Source: Candidatus Micrarchaeia archaeon
GTDB taxonomy: Archaea > Micrarchaeota > Micrarchaeia > Anstonellales > J096
Assembly (NCBI GenBank): GCA_041500865.1
Contig: JBGQMY010000014.1
Location: forward strand, 1 to 30,941
Direction of reading: 5' to 3'
Length of the DNA stretch: 30,941 nt
The position numbers and the translations under genes were made by a program. The stretch's first letter is position 1. Every line of letters begins with the position of its first letter. Positions 1 to 8,707 of the stretch are shown here, in pieces. The notes under the pieces were generated by a model. It was not told where the DNA came from. It saw nothing but the letters and a program-made list of their open reading frames with translations, and did not search any database.

Positions 1-276
1 GCTTATCGTGAAGTTCCTTCCGTCAAAAGTGCCAGTGAACGGGTCTGAATAGTTGCCGATTGGCATGAATCCCTTGCCATCGGAATTGTAATCAAAGCCA
101 GAGCAGTCTATGCTGTTGTTCAGGGCGTAGCTTGCGCTTAGGTTGCTGCTCATGTTCTGCAGGTCGGTGCAGTTCGCTATCAGATAAGGATTTCCCTGAG
201 AGCCATTACCGCCGGCAAAAGCAGCAGACAGGCCTGCCAAGGAGAGCAGGATTAGAGAGAGAATGACGATTCTCAT
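1..276 (-). CDS. Secreted/surface protein, N-terminus of GLUG-motif (beta-helix adhesin-like) type; runs off the window edge
   Basis: Manual translation from ATG at 276: MRIVILSLILLSLAGLSAAFAGGNGSQGNPYLIANCTDLQNM...FMPIGNYSDPFTGTFDGRNFTIS. Signal peptide plus GxGxxxxPYxI and FTGTFDG motifs typical of GLUG-repeat proteins. Not in the ORF track. Confidence 0.75.
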   Translation of the reverse strand, partial: MRIVILSLILLSLAGLSAAFAGGNGSQGNPYLIANCTDLQNMSSNLSASYALNNSIDCSGFDYNSDGKGFMPIGNYSDPFTGTFDGRNFTIS

Positions 277-346
277 GAGACATGATACTGGGATAATGCT
301 TAAATAGTTTTGGATTTATTGGCACCCAAAGCGGCAAGAAAGGGTA

Positions 347-416
347 ACTAAAAGTGCAGAATGATAACTCTAGGTGCAACTTTCATACTTTAGGTGCAGA
401 ATGGACTAAAGGTGCA
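347..416 (+). repeat. Four direct repeats of consensus ACTNWAGGTGCA in a divergent promoter region
   Basis: actaaaagtgca 347-358, actctaggtgca 367-378, actttaggtgca 387-398, actaaaggtgca 405-416; spacing 20, 20 and 18 nt. Confidence 0.8.
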
Positions 417-473
417 AAGCTTAACCCCGCAAAAGGCTTTAAAACATGCCAATCCAATATCCACTGGGTTGAC

Positions 474-932
474 ATGGACTGCGACATATGCGGAAAGAAC
501 GAGGCGGTTTTCTACATAGAGATAGAGGGCGCCAAGATGTCGGCATGCCCAGGGTGCTCGCACGGCGCAAAGGTCATAGGGAGGATAGGCAAGGCGATTG
601 ACGAAACGTCAAAAACCGAAACGCCAATCATAGAATACAAGGAAAAGGAAATTGAAATAGAGGAGAACTGCGGCCATATCGCAAGGGAGGCAAGGGAAGA
701 GAAAAAGCTGGAGCTTAAGGACCTTGCAAGGAGCATAAACGAAAATGAAAACTACCTTAAGCACATAGAGCAGGGGAAGCTCATGCCGACGCTCAAGACA
801 GCAAGGAAGCTGGAAAAGGCGCTGGGCATAAGGCTGATAAGCGAGACGACAAGGACCGTCTCAGAAACCGGGACGATGACAAAGCAGGAGGATTTCAGAT
901 TGCAGGACCTTGCTGAAAAGGGTGAAAGCTGA
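474..932 (+). CDS. mbf1: Archaeal multiprotein bridging factor 1 (Zn ribbon + HTH)
   Basis: MDCDICG...CPGC Zn ribbon and C-terminal Cro-type HTH (DLARSINENENYLKHIEQGKLMP...KLEKALGI). Start moved to ATG 474, with TATA-like TTTAAAA at about 438-444. Confidence 0.9.
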   Translation: MDCDICGKNEAVFYIEIEGAKMSACPGCSHGAKVIGRIGKAIDETSKTETPIIEYKEKEIEIEENCGHIAREAREEKKLELKDLARSINENENYLKHIEQGKLMPTLKTARKLEKALGIRLISETTRTVSETGTMTKQEDFRLQDLAEKGES

Positions 933-1973
933 ATGGGGGTTGACCTAAGCTCCATAATAGAGAAGAAGGAGATAACGCTGGACTACCTTTCAAGGAAAAC
1001 CGTAGCGTTAGACGCATACAACATTCTGTACCAGTTCCTCGCGTCCATAAGGCAGCCGGACGGCACCGCGCTGATGGACTTCAGGGGCAACGTCACAAGC
1101 CACCTTTCAGGGCTCTTTTACAGGACAGCCAAGCTCATGGAGGTCGGCATAAGGCCGGCTTACGTGTTTGACGGCGAGCCTCCGAAGTTCAAGCTCAGGG
1201 AGATTGAATTGAGGAGGGCGAAGAAGGACGAGGCCATGCTGCTGCTGAAAAAGGCGCAGGACCAGGAAAACGAGGTTTTGATGAGGAGCTATGCGCAGGC
1301 AACCGTCAGGCTGACCCAGGAAATGGTGAGGGAAAGCAAAGAGCTATTAAGCGCGATGGGGGTCCCATGCGTTGACGCGCCTTCCGAGGGGGAGGGCGAG
1401 GCCGCGTTCCTTGCCAAGGCCGGAAAGGCGTATGCATCCGGAAGCCAGGATTACGACTCTCTGCTTTTCGGCTCGCCAAGGCTTGTGCGCAATCTTTCAA
1501 TTACTGGCAAAAGGAAGCTTCCGAGGAGGGACGAATACATAATAGTGAGGCCCGAGGTGGTGGAGCTGGATTCGGCGCTTGGCTTACTCGGCATAACAAG
1601 GGAGCAGCTCGTCATGATAGGCATACTTACCGGCACTGACTTCAACGACGGGGTGAAAGGCGTCGGGGCAAAGACCGCGCTCAAGCTGGTTAAGCAGTAT
1701 GGAAACGACTTTGATGCGCTGATCAAGGCGGTTGAGCAAAAGTACGAGTACAGGTTTGAGGAATACATATATGACGTGTACCAGTTCTTCCTGAATTATC
1801 CGGGCAAGGAAAAGGACTTGCCGTCCGGGGAGATAGACGAGGCCAAGGTTGCAGAAATGCTGGTTGAGAGGCACGACTTCACGAAGGAAAGGATAGAGAA
1901 CACGCTGAAGGCCCTGGCCGAGGCGCGAAAGAACGAGAAGCAGACAAGGATGAGCGACTGGTTCGGCCAGTAA
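933..1973 (+). CDS. fen: Flap endonuclease 1
   Basis: MGVDL start, DAYNILYQFLASIRQPDG, EGEGEAA, SQDYDSLLFG, GTDFNDGVKGVGAKTAL, C-terminal PIP box QTRMSDWF. Confidence 0.98.
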   Translation: MGVDLSSIIEKKEITLDYLSRKTVALDAYNILYQFLASIRQPDGTALMDFRGNVTSHLSGLFYRTAKLMEVGIRPAYVFDGEPPKFKLREIELRRAKKDEAMLLLKKAQDQENEVLMRSYAQATVRLTQEMVRESKELLSAMGVPCVDAPSEGEGEAAFLAKAGKAYASGSQDYDSLLFGSPRLVRNLSITGKRKLPRRDEYIIVRPEVVELDSALGLLGITREQLVMIGILTGTDFNDGVKGVGAKTALKLVKQYGNDFDALIKAVEQKYEYRFEEYIYDVYQFFLNYPGKEKDLPSGEIDEAKVAEMLVERHDFTKERIENTLKALAEARKNEKQTRMSDWFGQ

Positions 1974-2036
1974 TGCTTTTCATCGCGGACATACTCTTTG
2001 GATAGCGTTTTAAAACGTCGCGGCAAATATCGGCTC

Positions 2037-3461
2037 ATGAGGCTGGCGCTTGCTGCTATCATGATTTTTATCCTGCTTTCTGGATGCGTGGTGCAGGAGG
2101 GCCCGAAACAGCAGATATGTACCGATGGAACGCCAGCCGGCTCTTGCTCGGCATCAAAGCCGTACTTCTGCAACGCCTCGCTGGGCCTTGTTGAAAATGC
2201 AAGCGCATGCGGGTGCCCGGAAGGGTATGGGGCAGCAGGAAGCTCCTGCGAAAAGCCCAAACTATGCAGCGACGGGACGGTTGGGGGGGAATGCTCCGGC
2301 GCAAAGCCGCTTTTCTGCATGGACGGAATCCTGGTCGGCAATGCGACGCTGTGCGGGTGCCAGGACAATTATCATGTGGAAGGGAGCAGATGCACGGAAA
2401 ACGCCAAATGCCAGGACGGCACGTATGACGGCAGATGCTCGCCTGCAAAGCCCTTTTACTGCTCCAACGGCACATTCGTTGAAAATGCCGGCATATGCGG
2501 ATGCCCGGAGGATTACCTTGCAAAAGGCGAAAGCTGCGAGAAAATCATAAGGTGCAGCGACGGAACAATATCCGGGGGCTGCACTGCAAACAAGCCGCTT
2601 TACTGCCTGAACGGGACATTCGTCAGCAGGTCCAGCATTTGCGGATGCCTGGAGGAGCAGGTGGAGCAGGGCGAAGGATGCGTGTCCATATATGAGACAG
2701 GCGAAAAGGAGGGCATATTCGGCTATGTGCTAAGGGGGGACAAAAAAACCATAACGATTCCCGTGTATTACGGGCTGGACAGCTACCAGGCGAACATCTC
2801 ACGATACTATTACTGCAATCCCGAATGCCCCTCCGACATTGAGCTTGAGATGAAATACATAGACGAACCGAAGCAGAGGGACAAGCTGCTTGGGCTTGTG
2901 GACCGCATAAGCAGTATGGCAAGCACAAACGACGACAGGGCCAGGATGGCCATAAGCCTCGTGCAGAACATCCCGTACGACACGGGAAAGTTGGACGTCC
3001 TAAACGCAACCGGCAGATATCCCTATGAGGTGTTGTACGACGATTTGGGCATATGCGAGGAGAAGTCCCATCTGCTTGCCTTCCTGCTCCGGGAGCTGGG
3101 CTATGGCACGGCCTTGCTGAAATACGACGCTGAAGACCATATGGCAGTCGGCATAAAGTGCGCAGACGATTATGCGTACCGGGGCACGGGATACTGCTTC
3201 GTTGAAACCACGGTTCCGTCCATAATAACGTTCAGCGAAGCCAATTACAGCATCGCCGGAAGGCTGTTGTCCGCGCCCGAGGTGCTGAAGGTAAGCGACG
3301 GCGCAGAGTTCAATGCGGCCGAGGAGTACAGCGACGCCAATGAATGGGAAAGGATAGGCACGGTAGCGGACGAGTCGCCTGGCAGGAGGATACCCGTGGA
3401 CTTGTACAACGAATGGCAAGACCTCGTGCAGAAGTATGGCATTCAGGTGGAGAATGGATGA
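2037..3461 (+). CDS. Lipoprotein with four Cys-rich repeats and a C-terminal transglutaminase-like domain
   Basis: Lipobox LLSGC; four repeats of about 48 aa (CxDGTxxGxCxxxKPxxCxxGxxVxxxxxCGC); GICEEK...HMAVG...FVETT (Cys/His/acid). Start at ATG 2037 after TTTTAAAA at 2008-2015. Confidence 0.8.
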   Translation: MRLALAAIMIFILLSGCVVQEGPKQQICTDGTPAGSCSASKPYFCNASLGLVENASACGCPEGYGAAGSSCEKPKLCSDGTVGGECSGAKPLFCMDGILVGNATLCGCQDNYHVEGSRCTENAKCQDGTYDGRCSPAKPFYCSNGTFVENAGICGCPEDYLAKGESCEKIIRCSDGTISGGCTANKPLYCLNGTFVSRSSICGCLEEQVEQGEGCVSIYETGEKEGIFGYVLRGDKKTITIPVYYGLDSYQANISRYYYCNPECPSDIELEMKYIDEPKQRDKLLGLVDRISSMASTNDDRARMAISLVQNIPYDTGKLDVLNATGRYPYEVLYDDLGICEEKSHLLAFLLRELGYGTALLKYDAEDHMAVGIKCADDYAYRGTGYCFVETTVPSIITFSEANYSIAGRLLSAPEVLKVSDGAEFNAAEEYSDANEWERIGTVADESPGRRIPVDLYNEWQDLVQKYGIQVENG

Positions 3462-3497
3462 AGGGTTTATAAATAGTTTGTTAGATAGTGGTATTAT

Positions 3498-4496
3498 ATG
3501 GAAGAAAGGATGTTCGGCATTGCCCTTGCCGCGGTGTTGCTGGTTGCACTAGCATCCTATAATACAAGCGCTCCGCAGGCGCCGGCTGCGGCATGCGCCG
3601 ACGGCACGCCGGCCGGCTCCTGTTCAGCATCAAAGCCGTACTTCTGCAACGCCTCGCTGGGCCTTGTTGAAAATGCAAGCGCATGCGGGTGCCCGGAATA
3701 TGAAACAGTCTCCAACGGAAGCTGCACAGCCCAAGAAGGCATGAGGTCATTCAGCTATACGCTAAGGGGCGCGAGAAAAAGCATCATGGTTGGCATGAAC
3801 GGGACTGTTTATGCGTACCTCATGAACACGAGCGAGAAATTTTACTGCGTCAACGGGAGCTGCCCGAGCGAAAGGGACAGGAAGCTTGCGTACATGGACG
3901 AGCCTGTTGAGAAAACGGAACTGATGGAAATCGTGGAGAAGATAAGGGATGGGAGCAACGACAGCGACGACAGGGCAAGGATGGCGATAAGCCTCGTGCA
4001 GAACATCCCGTATGACCTTGGAAAGGCCCAGGGGACGGACATGAGCAGCAGGTATCCCTACGAGGTCCTGTACGACGATTCTGGCATATGCGAGGAGAAG
4101 TCGAGGCTGCTGGCTTTCATGCTCAGGGAGCTTGGCTATGGCACGGCCTTGCTGAAATACGGCGCTGAAGACCACATGGCAGTAGGCATAAAGTGCGCAG
4201 ACGATTATGCGAACTACGAAAGCAACGGCACAGGCTACTGCTTCGTTGAAACCACGGTTCCGTCAATAATGGGCGACAGCAGGGGCAGGTACAGCGGCGG
4301 AAAGCAGATTTCCACCATGCCCACCGTAATCCAGATAAGCGACGGCCTGACGTTCGACGCAGGAAGCATGGAATACAACGACGCAATTGAATGGGAGCAT
4401 ATAATAGAGGAGGCGGATGCCTCCCCTGACAAGGCGGTGGACAATGCAACCTACTCCAAGTGGGTTTCAATGAAAAAGAGATACGGCATCGACTGA
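3498..4496 (+). CDS. Paralogous secreted protein with one Cys-rich repeat and a transglutaminase-like domain
   Basis: N-terminal hydrophobic signal, CADGTPAGSCSASKPYFC repeat, RYPYEVLYDDSGICEEKS...HMAVGIKC...YCFVETT, closely similar to the upstream gene. Confidence 0.8.
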   Translation: MEERMFGIALAAVLLVALASYNTSAPQAPAAACADGTPAGSCSASKPYFCNASLGLVENASACGCPEYETVSNGSCTAQEGMRSFSYTLRGARKSIMVGMNGTVYAYLMNTSEKFYCVNGSCPSERDRKLAYMDEPVEKTELMEIVEKIRDGSNDSDDRARMAISLVQNIPYDLGKAQGTDMSSRYPYEVLYDDSGICEEKSRLLAFMLRELGYGTALLKYGAEDHMAVGIKCADDYANYESNGTGYCFVETTVPSIMGDSRGRYSGGKQISTMPTVIQISDGLTFDAGSMEYNDAIEWEHIIEEADASPDKAVDNATYSKWVSMKKRYGID

Positions 4497-4584
4497 GGCA
4501 TTAGTTTAAAAATTGTTGGAAATCCAATTAAAACACTTTTCCGCCGTTTTTGCGGGAAAGAAAAAATATAGAGAGATGGTGTAG

Positions 4585-4734
4585 ATGGATGGAAGAGGAA
4601 GGCCTTTTGGCGAAAGAAAGATGTATCCCGCGAAATGCTCCGACTGCGGAGCGGAATGCGAGGTCCCTTTCGAGCCAAAGCAGGACAGGCCGGTGTATTG
4701 CAGGGAATGCTTCAAGAAGCACAGGAAATTCTGA
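4585..4734 (+). CDS. CxxC-x17-CxxC small zinc-ribbon protein (49 aa), copy 1
   Basis: Manual translation MDGRGRPFGERKMYPAKCSDCGAECEVPFEPKQDRPVYCRECFKKHRKF; GGTG SD-like motif upstream. Not in the ORF track. Confidence 0.92.
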   Translation: MDGRGRPFGERKMYPAKCSDCGAECEVPFEPKQDRPVYCRECFKKHRKF

Positions 4735-4910
4735 TCCTGGTTGGATTGGGGTTTTTGGGGTTTCGAAATTCGGTCGTTTTTTAACAATTCCCTAGCTTGT
4801 TTTTAAATGGTCAGAAGATAGTCGCATTGCATCAATCATTGTGGTCCTTAATGCTGAATATTGGTGTATGAAAATAGAAAGGATTATTAACGGAGAGGTT
4901 GAAACCTGCT

Positions 4911-5139
4911 TTGGGTAGGACAAATCGGTTGTCCTTGTAAGAAAGGGATGCCTTCATTGGGGCTTCCGTCAGGCGTTCGGCCATTAGTGCGGTGGACTGG
5001 ACTTTAACTCGCCGTATGAAACCTGCGTCTGGTATCGCTCCCTATGAGGCGAAGGAGATAACCATTAGAGCAAGCGGGAAGGTTAAGACCGTTACCCGCG
5101 TTTGCTTGTGGCACTCTTTCACCGAGTCCAGCTACCCAA
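4911..5139. ncRNA. Candidate structured RNA, family unassigned
   Basis: Terminal helix ttgggtag 4911-4918 / ctacccaa 5132-5139, adjacent helix ctggact 4997-5003 / agtccag 5125-5131, and four or more internal hairpins. No convincing ORF. Confidence 0.5.
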
Positions 5140-7927
5140 TTTTTTCCTTCTCCTTGTCCCACTCATGCCTCAGGGCGTCAAGCAGATAGCCTGTGTTCGT
5201 CCCGAAATATCCGGGGCCTTTCTCAAAGACATGGTCAAGAAACTTCTCCGGCCTTTTCCTGAACTCCAAAAACATTTTCGCATCCTCCGCAAATGCGGCC
5301 ATGAGCCTGTCCCCGCCCCTTCTCTCAAACTCAACCGAACGGCCTATTTCCCCGATGTTGACGTTTCCCTTCAGATTGACGTAAACAACGGCGTATGATA
5401 TGCTTTCAACCGGCACGCCATGCATCAGCGAAACCGCCTTCCTGTATATCTCAAGCTGTTTCCTGTGCTCCGTGTCCCTGTCGCCAAGCTTCTTGTCGGT
5501 CTTGTAGTCTATTATCAGGTAGCCTTTCCCGTGCTTGAGTATCGCGTCTATCTTGCCGGTCAGCTTGAAATCCTCGTTTATGCCCAATATCTCCCTTACG
5601 CCTTCAGATATCTCCTGCTCAACCGCGAAAAACGCAAAATCCCCGTATTTTGACTTTATGTCTTCCATGCATTTCAGGAAATTGGCAAATGCCGCCCTTT
5701 CCTCCTGTGTCCTGAGGCTTTCGTCATTATGCAGGCCCTTGCCGTACTGCTCAAACAGGTGGTGCATCCTTGTGCCGAACCCCAGCGCAGACGCCGAGGA
5801 CTCGGAAAACGAGGAAAGCCCGAATACCTTGTTGAGCATGTAGCCGTATGGGTCGTCCACTGCCCCCGTAACTCCTGAAAATGACACATGGTCCAGCTTG
5901 GCGAAGAAGCTGCCTACGATGCCATGCAGCCAGTTGTCCGGCTCTTCCGCGCTGAGCAGCTCCCCGGCCTTCTTGACATCCCTTGAAACGACGTACTTCC
6001 ATGCCTCAATGTACCTGCTGTAAGGGTCGGACGTTTCGGAAACCGACTCGTTGGAGGCCTCCTGGGCGCATCTGTCTTTAATGGCGTAACGCTCTGCCAT
6101 CTCGTCCCTTTTCCTGCTGTCTGCAGGAAGCATTATGCTCAAAAATTCCTTTGCCCTTGTGAACGCGACGAAATCCACCCTGTCGTCTTCCCCTTCTATC
6201 TCTTCCTTCGCGTCTATGCCCATGCTTTCAAGCACTGACTCTGAAATCATCTTGAAAACAGGCAGGCTGTCCCTTCCAGACGACGAGGGAAGGTATATGA
6301 CAGAGTCGAACTGCATGCCCTTTGCCTTGTGCACTGTCAACAATGAAATGCCGCTTTCCTCAATCCTGGGCTCCATGCCCTCATCCATCAGGTCTATGAA
6401 CGTGGAGAGGCTTTCCATCGTGAACCCTTCCCTCATAGAATAGAAATGTTCGATGACTCTGTTGTGCAGCGCTTTTGCAGACTCGAAGTACTCGCCTCCC
6501 ATGGATACAGAGCATGGCAGTATCCTCCTGTCGAACACCTCCTTGACGAAGGAAAACCCGTTCTTTGTTTCGCCTGGATAGAGCATCGCCCTTATCTGTT
6601 CCATCGTGTGGCTGTCCTTGTTTGCTGAGACTTCAAACGCCTTCCTGAGGTCTATCGCCGCAAAAGGCGTGAAAAGGCCCAAAACAGCGTCATCCTTCTT
6701 TTCAGAGAACAGCGCCCTGAGGTAGATGGAGATTTCCTCCTTTGCCTCGCTGGACATCCTGCCCCCTGAATAGTTCTTGAAAAGGATGCCGTTTGACTTA
6801 AGCAGCTCCGCTATCCCTTCCAGCTGGTAGTTCTTCCTTGCTATTATCCCCAGGCTCTTTCCGTTGCCTGCGCTTTCCTTGACTATTTTCAGCGCGGTGG
6901 CGCCCACATCCTGCGCGAATATTATCTTCGGCTGCGGCCCGCCCTTTCCCTTGCTTCTCAGGCCTTTCAGCTCTTCAGCGAACTCTGCGTTGCGCGACGA
7001 GACATTCAGCATGAAGTCTTTTGCGTAGTCCAGTATCTCCTGCGTGCTCCTCCTGTTGAGGCCCAGGGCAAACGACTTTCCGGTGTCCTTGAACCTGTCG
7101 AAGTTCGAGTATGCGCCGCCCTGGAAACCGAATATAGCCTGCTTCTTGTCGCCCACTGCGAACCTTTCCTTCCCCGAAACTTTCGCTATCTCGGCCTCCA
7201 TCCTGTTCACGTCCTGCAGTTCGTCAACAAGCACGTAGTCATATGGCGGGGCCCCGCTGAAGTGCTTCAGGAAGAGTATGTGCAGGTCGTTGAAGTCCAC
7301 GTATCTGCGCCCCTTCCATTTTTCGTAGTGCGCGAACGCGTCCATGAAGAACCCAAGCAGCTTTTCCGTTTCCTTCTCGGAATAGGAGATGGGCCTCCCT
7401 TTCCTCTTTTCAGCAAGTATTTTGGACGCCTTGGCCATGTCAACGTTTTCCGGCAGCGCGCTGTAGCTCTTCAGGAACCTTATGTTCTCCGATATTGCCG
7501 GGATGATTGCGCCGGAGACGTAGTCTATGCCATAGTTGAACGCCTTTGTCTCGCTGAGCCTTTTCAGCAGCACATACCTTCTTTCAGTTTCCGACACGAT
7601 GTCATTCGGCGTACCGGGAACGCTTTCCATAAGGTAGGAGAGCGCAAAGCCATGGAACGTGAAGACATTCAGTTTTCCAAGGTTGAGCCTCATGTTGGCG
7701 TCCTTTGCCATCGCGATTATCCTTTCCTCCATCTCCGCTTTTGCCCTTTCAGTAAACGTCAGGCAAAGGATTTTTTCCTGGGGAACGCCGCTTTCAACCA
7801 GATAAAGGTATTTGTATGCTATTGTCGCGGTCTTCCCTGTCCCGGGGTTTGCTATTACGAGAGTGTCGCCCTTGTTCAATATGGCTTCCTTTTTCTCCGG
7901 GTCGTCTATAAGGTCCAGGATTGGCAT
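5132..7927 (-). CDS. UvrD/REP-family SF1 helicase fused to a C-terminal PD-(D/E)XK nuclease (AddA/AdnAB-like)
   Basis: ANPGTGKT Walker A, LTFT, VDELQD, VGDKKQAIFGFQG, NRRST, TVHKAKGMQFD, FVAFTRAKE; C-terminal GTRMH...GKIDAI...IIDYKT...QLEIY. Confidence 0.93.
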   Translation of the reverse strand: MPILDLIDDPEKKEAILNKGDTLVIANPGTGKTATIAYKYLYLVESGVPQEKILCLTFTERAKAEMEERIIAMAKDANMRLNLGKLNVFTFHGFALSYLMESVPGTPNDIVSETERRYVLLKRLSETKAFNYGIDYVSGAIIPAISENIRFLKSYSALPENVDMAKASKILAEKRKGRPISYSEKETEKLLGFFMDAFAHYEKWKGRRYVDFNDLHILFLKHFSGAPPYDYVLVDELQDVNRMEAEIAKVSGKERFAVGDKKQAIFGFQGGAYSNFDRFKDTGKSFALGLNRRSTQEILDYAKDFMLNVSSRNAEFAEELKGLRSKGKGGPQPKIIFAQDVGATALKIVKESAGNGKSLGIIARKNYQLEGIAELLKSNGILFKNYSGGRMSSEAKEEISIYLRALFSEKKDDAVLGLFTPFAAIDLRKAFEVSANKDSHTMEQIRAMLYPGETKNGFSFVKEVFDRRILPCSVSMGGEYFESAKALHNRVIEHFYSMREGFTMESLSTFIDLMDEGMEPRIEESGISLLTVHKAKGMQFDSVIYLPSSSGRDSLPVFKMISESVLESMGIDAKEEIEGEDDRVDFVAFTRAKEFLSIMLPADSRKRDEMAERYAIKDRCAQEASNESVSETSDPYSRYIEAWKYVVSRDVKKAGELLSAEEPDNWLHGIVGSFFAKLDHVSFSGVTGAVDDPYGYMLNKVFGLSSFSESSASALGFGTRMHHLFEQYGKGLHNDESLRTQEERAAFANFLKCMEDIKSKYGDFAFFAVEQEISEGVREILGINEDFKLTGKIDAILKHGKGYLIIDYKTDKKLGDRDTEHRKQLEIYRKAVSLMHGVPVESISYAVVYVNLKGNVNIGEIGRSVEFERRGGDRLMAAFAEDAKMFLEFRKRPEKFLDHVFEKGPGYFGTNTGYLLDALRHEWDKEKEKIG

Positions 7928-7961
7928 GAACCGGTATGCACTGCATTCTTTTTATGCCTTG

Positions 7962-8606
7962 TCATCCGCCTGTCAGCACCTTCATCAGTATGCCCTGGTA
8001 CGTGCAGTAGTCGCCTGTCACGAACGCCGCATTGGATATGGGCTCGTAGTCGCATTGCATGGATATGCCCTTGTCCGAATACGCCTTCTGTATCTGCGTT
8101 ATCGTCATGTTCCCGGTTATGAGGTTTATCGCGGAATAGAAGGAGCCCAGCTCGCCTGGCAGCAGGCTTTTGTCCATCTGCAGCCATTTGCACTGCTTCA
8201 GCGGCCCTATCGCCTTTTCGTACTGCGTGCCGTTAAGGTGCATGGCGTCTATCTTTTGGTCCGTAACCTCGGTAATGAGATAATCGCCATCGACGACGGA
8301 ATTCTCCTTTATTGTTTTCCCGCCGCTTAGCACGTCAAGGCTCCAGCGCGTCTTGCCTTCCTTTATCAGCACCGTCCCGTTTATCCTGTCCGGGGCGTTT
8401 GCCATGCCGAGCTTGGACGCGTTCTCCGAACTGAAAAGCATCAGGCACCTTATGCCGTTCCCTGCCGCATACGCCTCATTGACAGTGGCGTTCTGGCTTA
8501 CTATGGAAGAATTGGCATCTATAATCTCGTTATTGCTGAGCAAAGAGCAGCACCCGGAAAGAAGCGCTATGGCGATTATAACTGGCAAAAGGGCTGTTTT
8601 TTGCAT
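7962..8606 (-). CDS. Hypothetical lipoprotein
   Basis: MQKTALLPVIIAIALLSGCC lipobox; 214-aa ORF. Confidence 0.75.
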   Translation of the reverse strand: MQKTALLPVIIAIALLSGCCSLLSNNEIIDANSSIVSQNATVNEAYAAGNGIRCLMLFSSENASKLGMANAPDRINGTVLIKEGKTRWSLDVLSGGKTIKENSVVDGDYLITEVTDQKIDAMHLNGTQYEKAIGPLKQCKWLQMDKSLLPGELGSFYSAINLITGNMTITQIQKAYSDKGISMQCDYEPISNAAFVTGDYCTYQGILMKVLTGG

Positions 8607-8707
8607 GGTTTAGGATGATGCAAAGATATTTAATACGTTTGCTGCACAATAATGATTACTTCTTTTTCCTGAAAGCAGGAAACTGGAGACAAAAGAGAGT
8701 GTAAAAA

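Noticed and set aside
347..416. CRISPR array
   Set aside because: Repeats are 12 bp with 6-8 nt spacers, far too short, and there are no cas genes.
4506..4795. ORF-track calls at 4506-4787, 4528-4722, 4550-4795 and 8630-8842
   Set aside because: They are shadows of the real CxxC-x17-CxxC genes on another frame or strand.
4868..5046. Stop-codon readthrough (pyrrolysine or recoding) of the micro-ORF
   Set aside because: The frame meets TAG, TAG and TGA in quick succession, and TAG serves as a normal stop for conserved genes in this window.
4911..5139. Assignment as RNase P RNA, SRP RNA, 5S rRNA or a known riboswitch/ribozyme
   Set aside because: Only fragments match (UGUAA, UGAAAC, GAGCAAG, AAAGUCC). 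The GAGGAAAGUCC/ACAGAA P4 pair, the SRP helix-8 motif, 5S spacing and the hammerhead CUGANGA core are all absent.
7262..8330. Long + strand ORFs (286 aa and 172 aa) and similar antisense ORFs across the window
   Set aside because: They lie antisense to well-supported genes, have no motifs, and are expected from codon bias.
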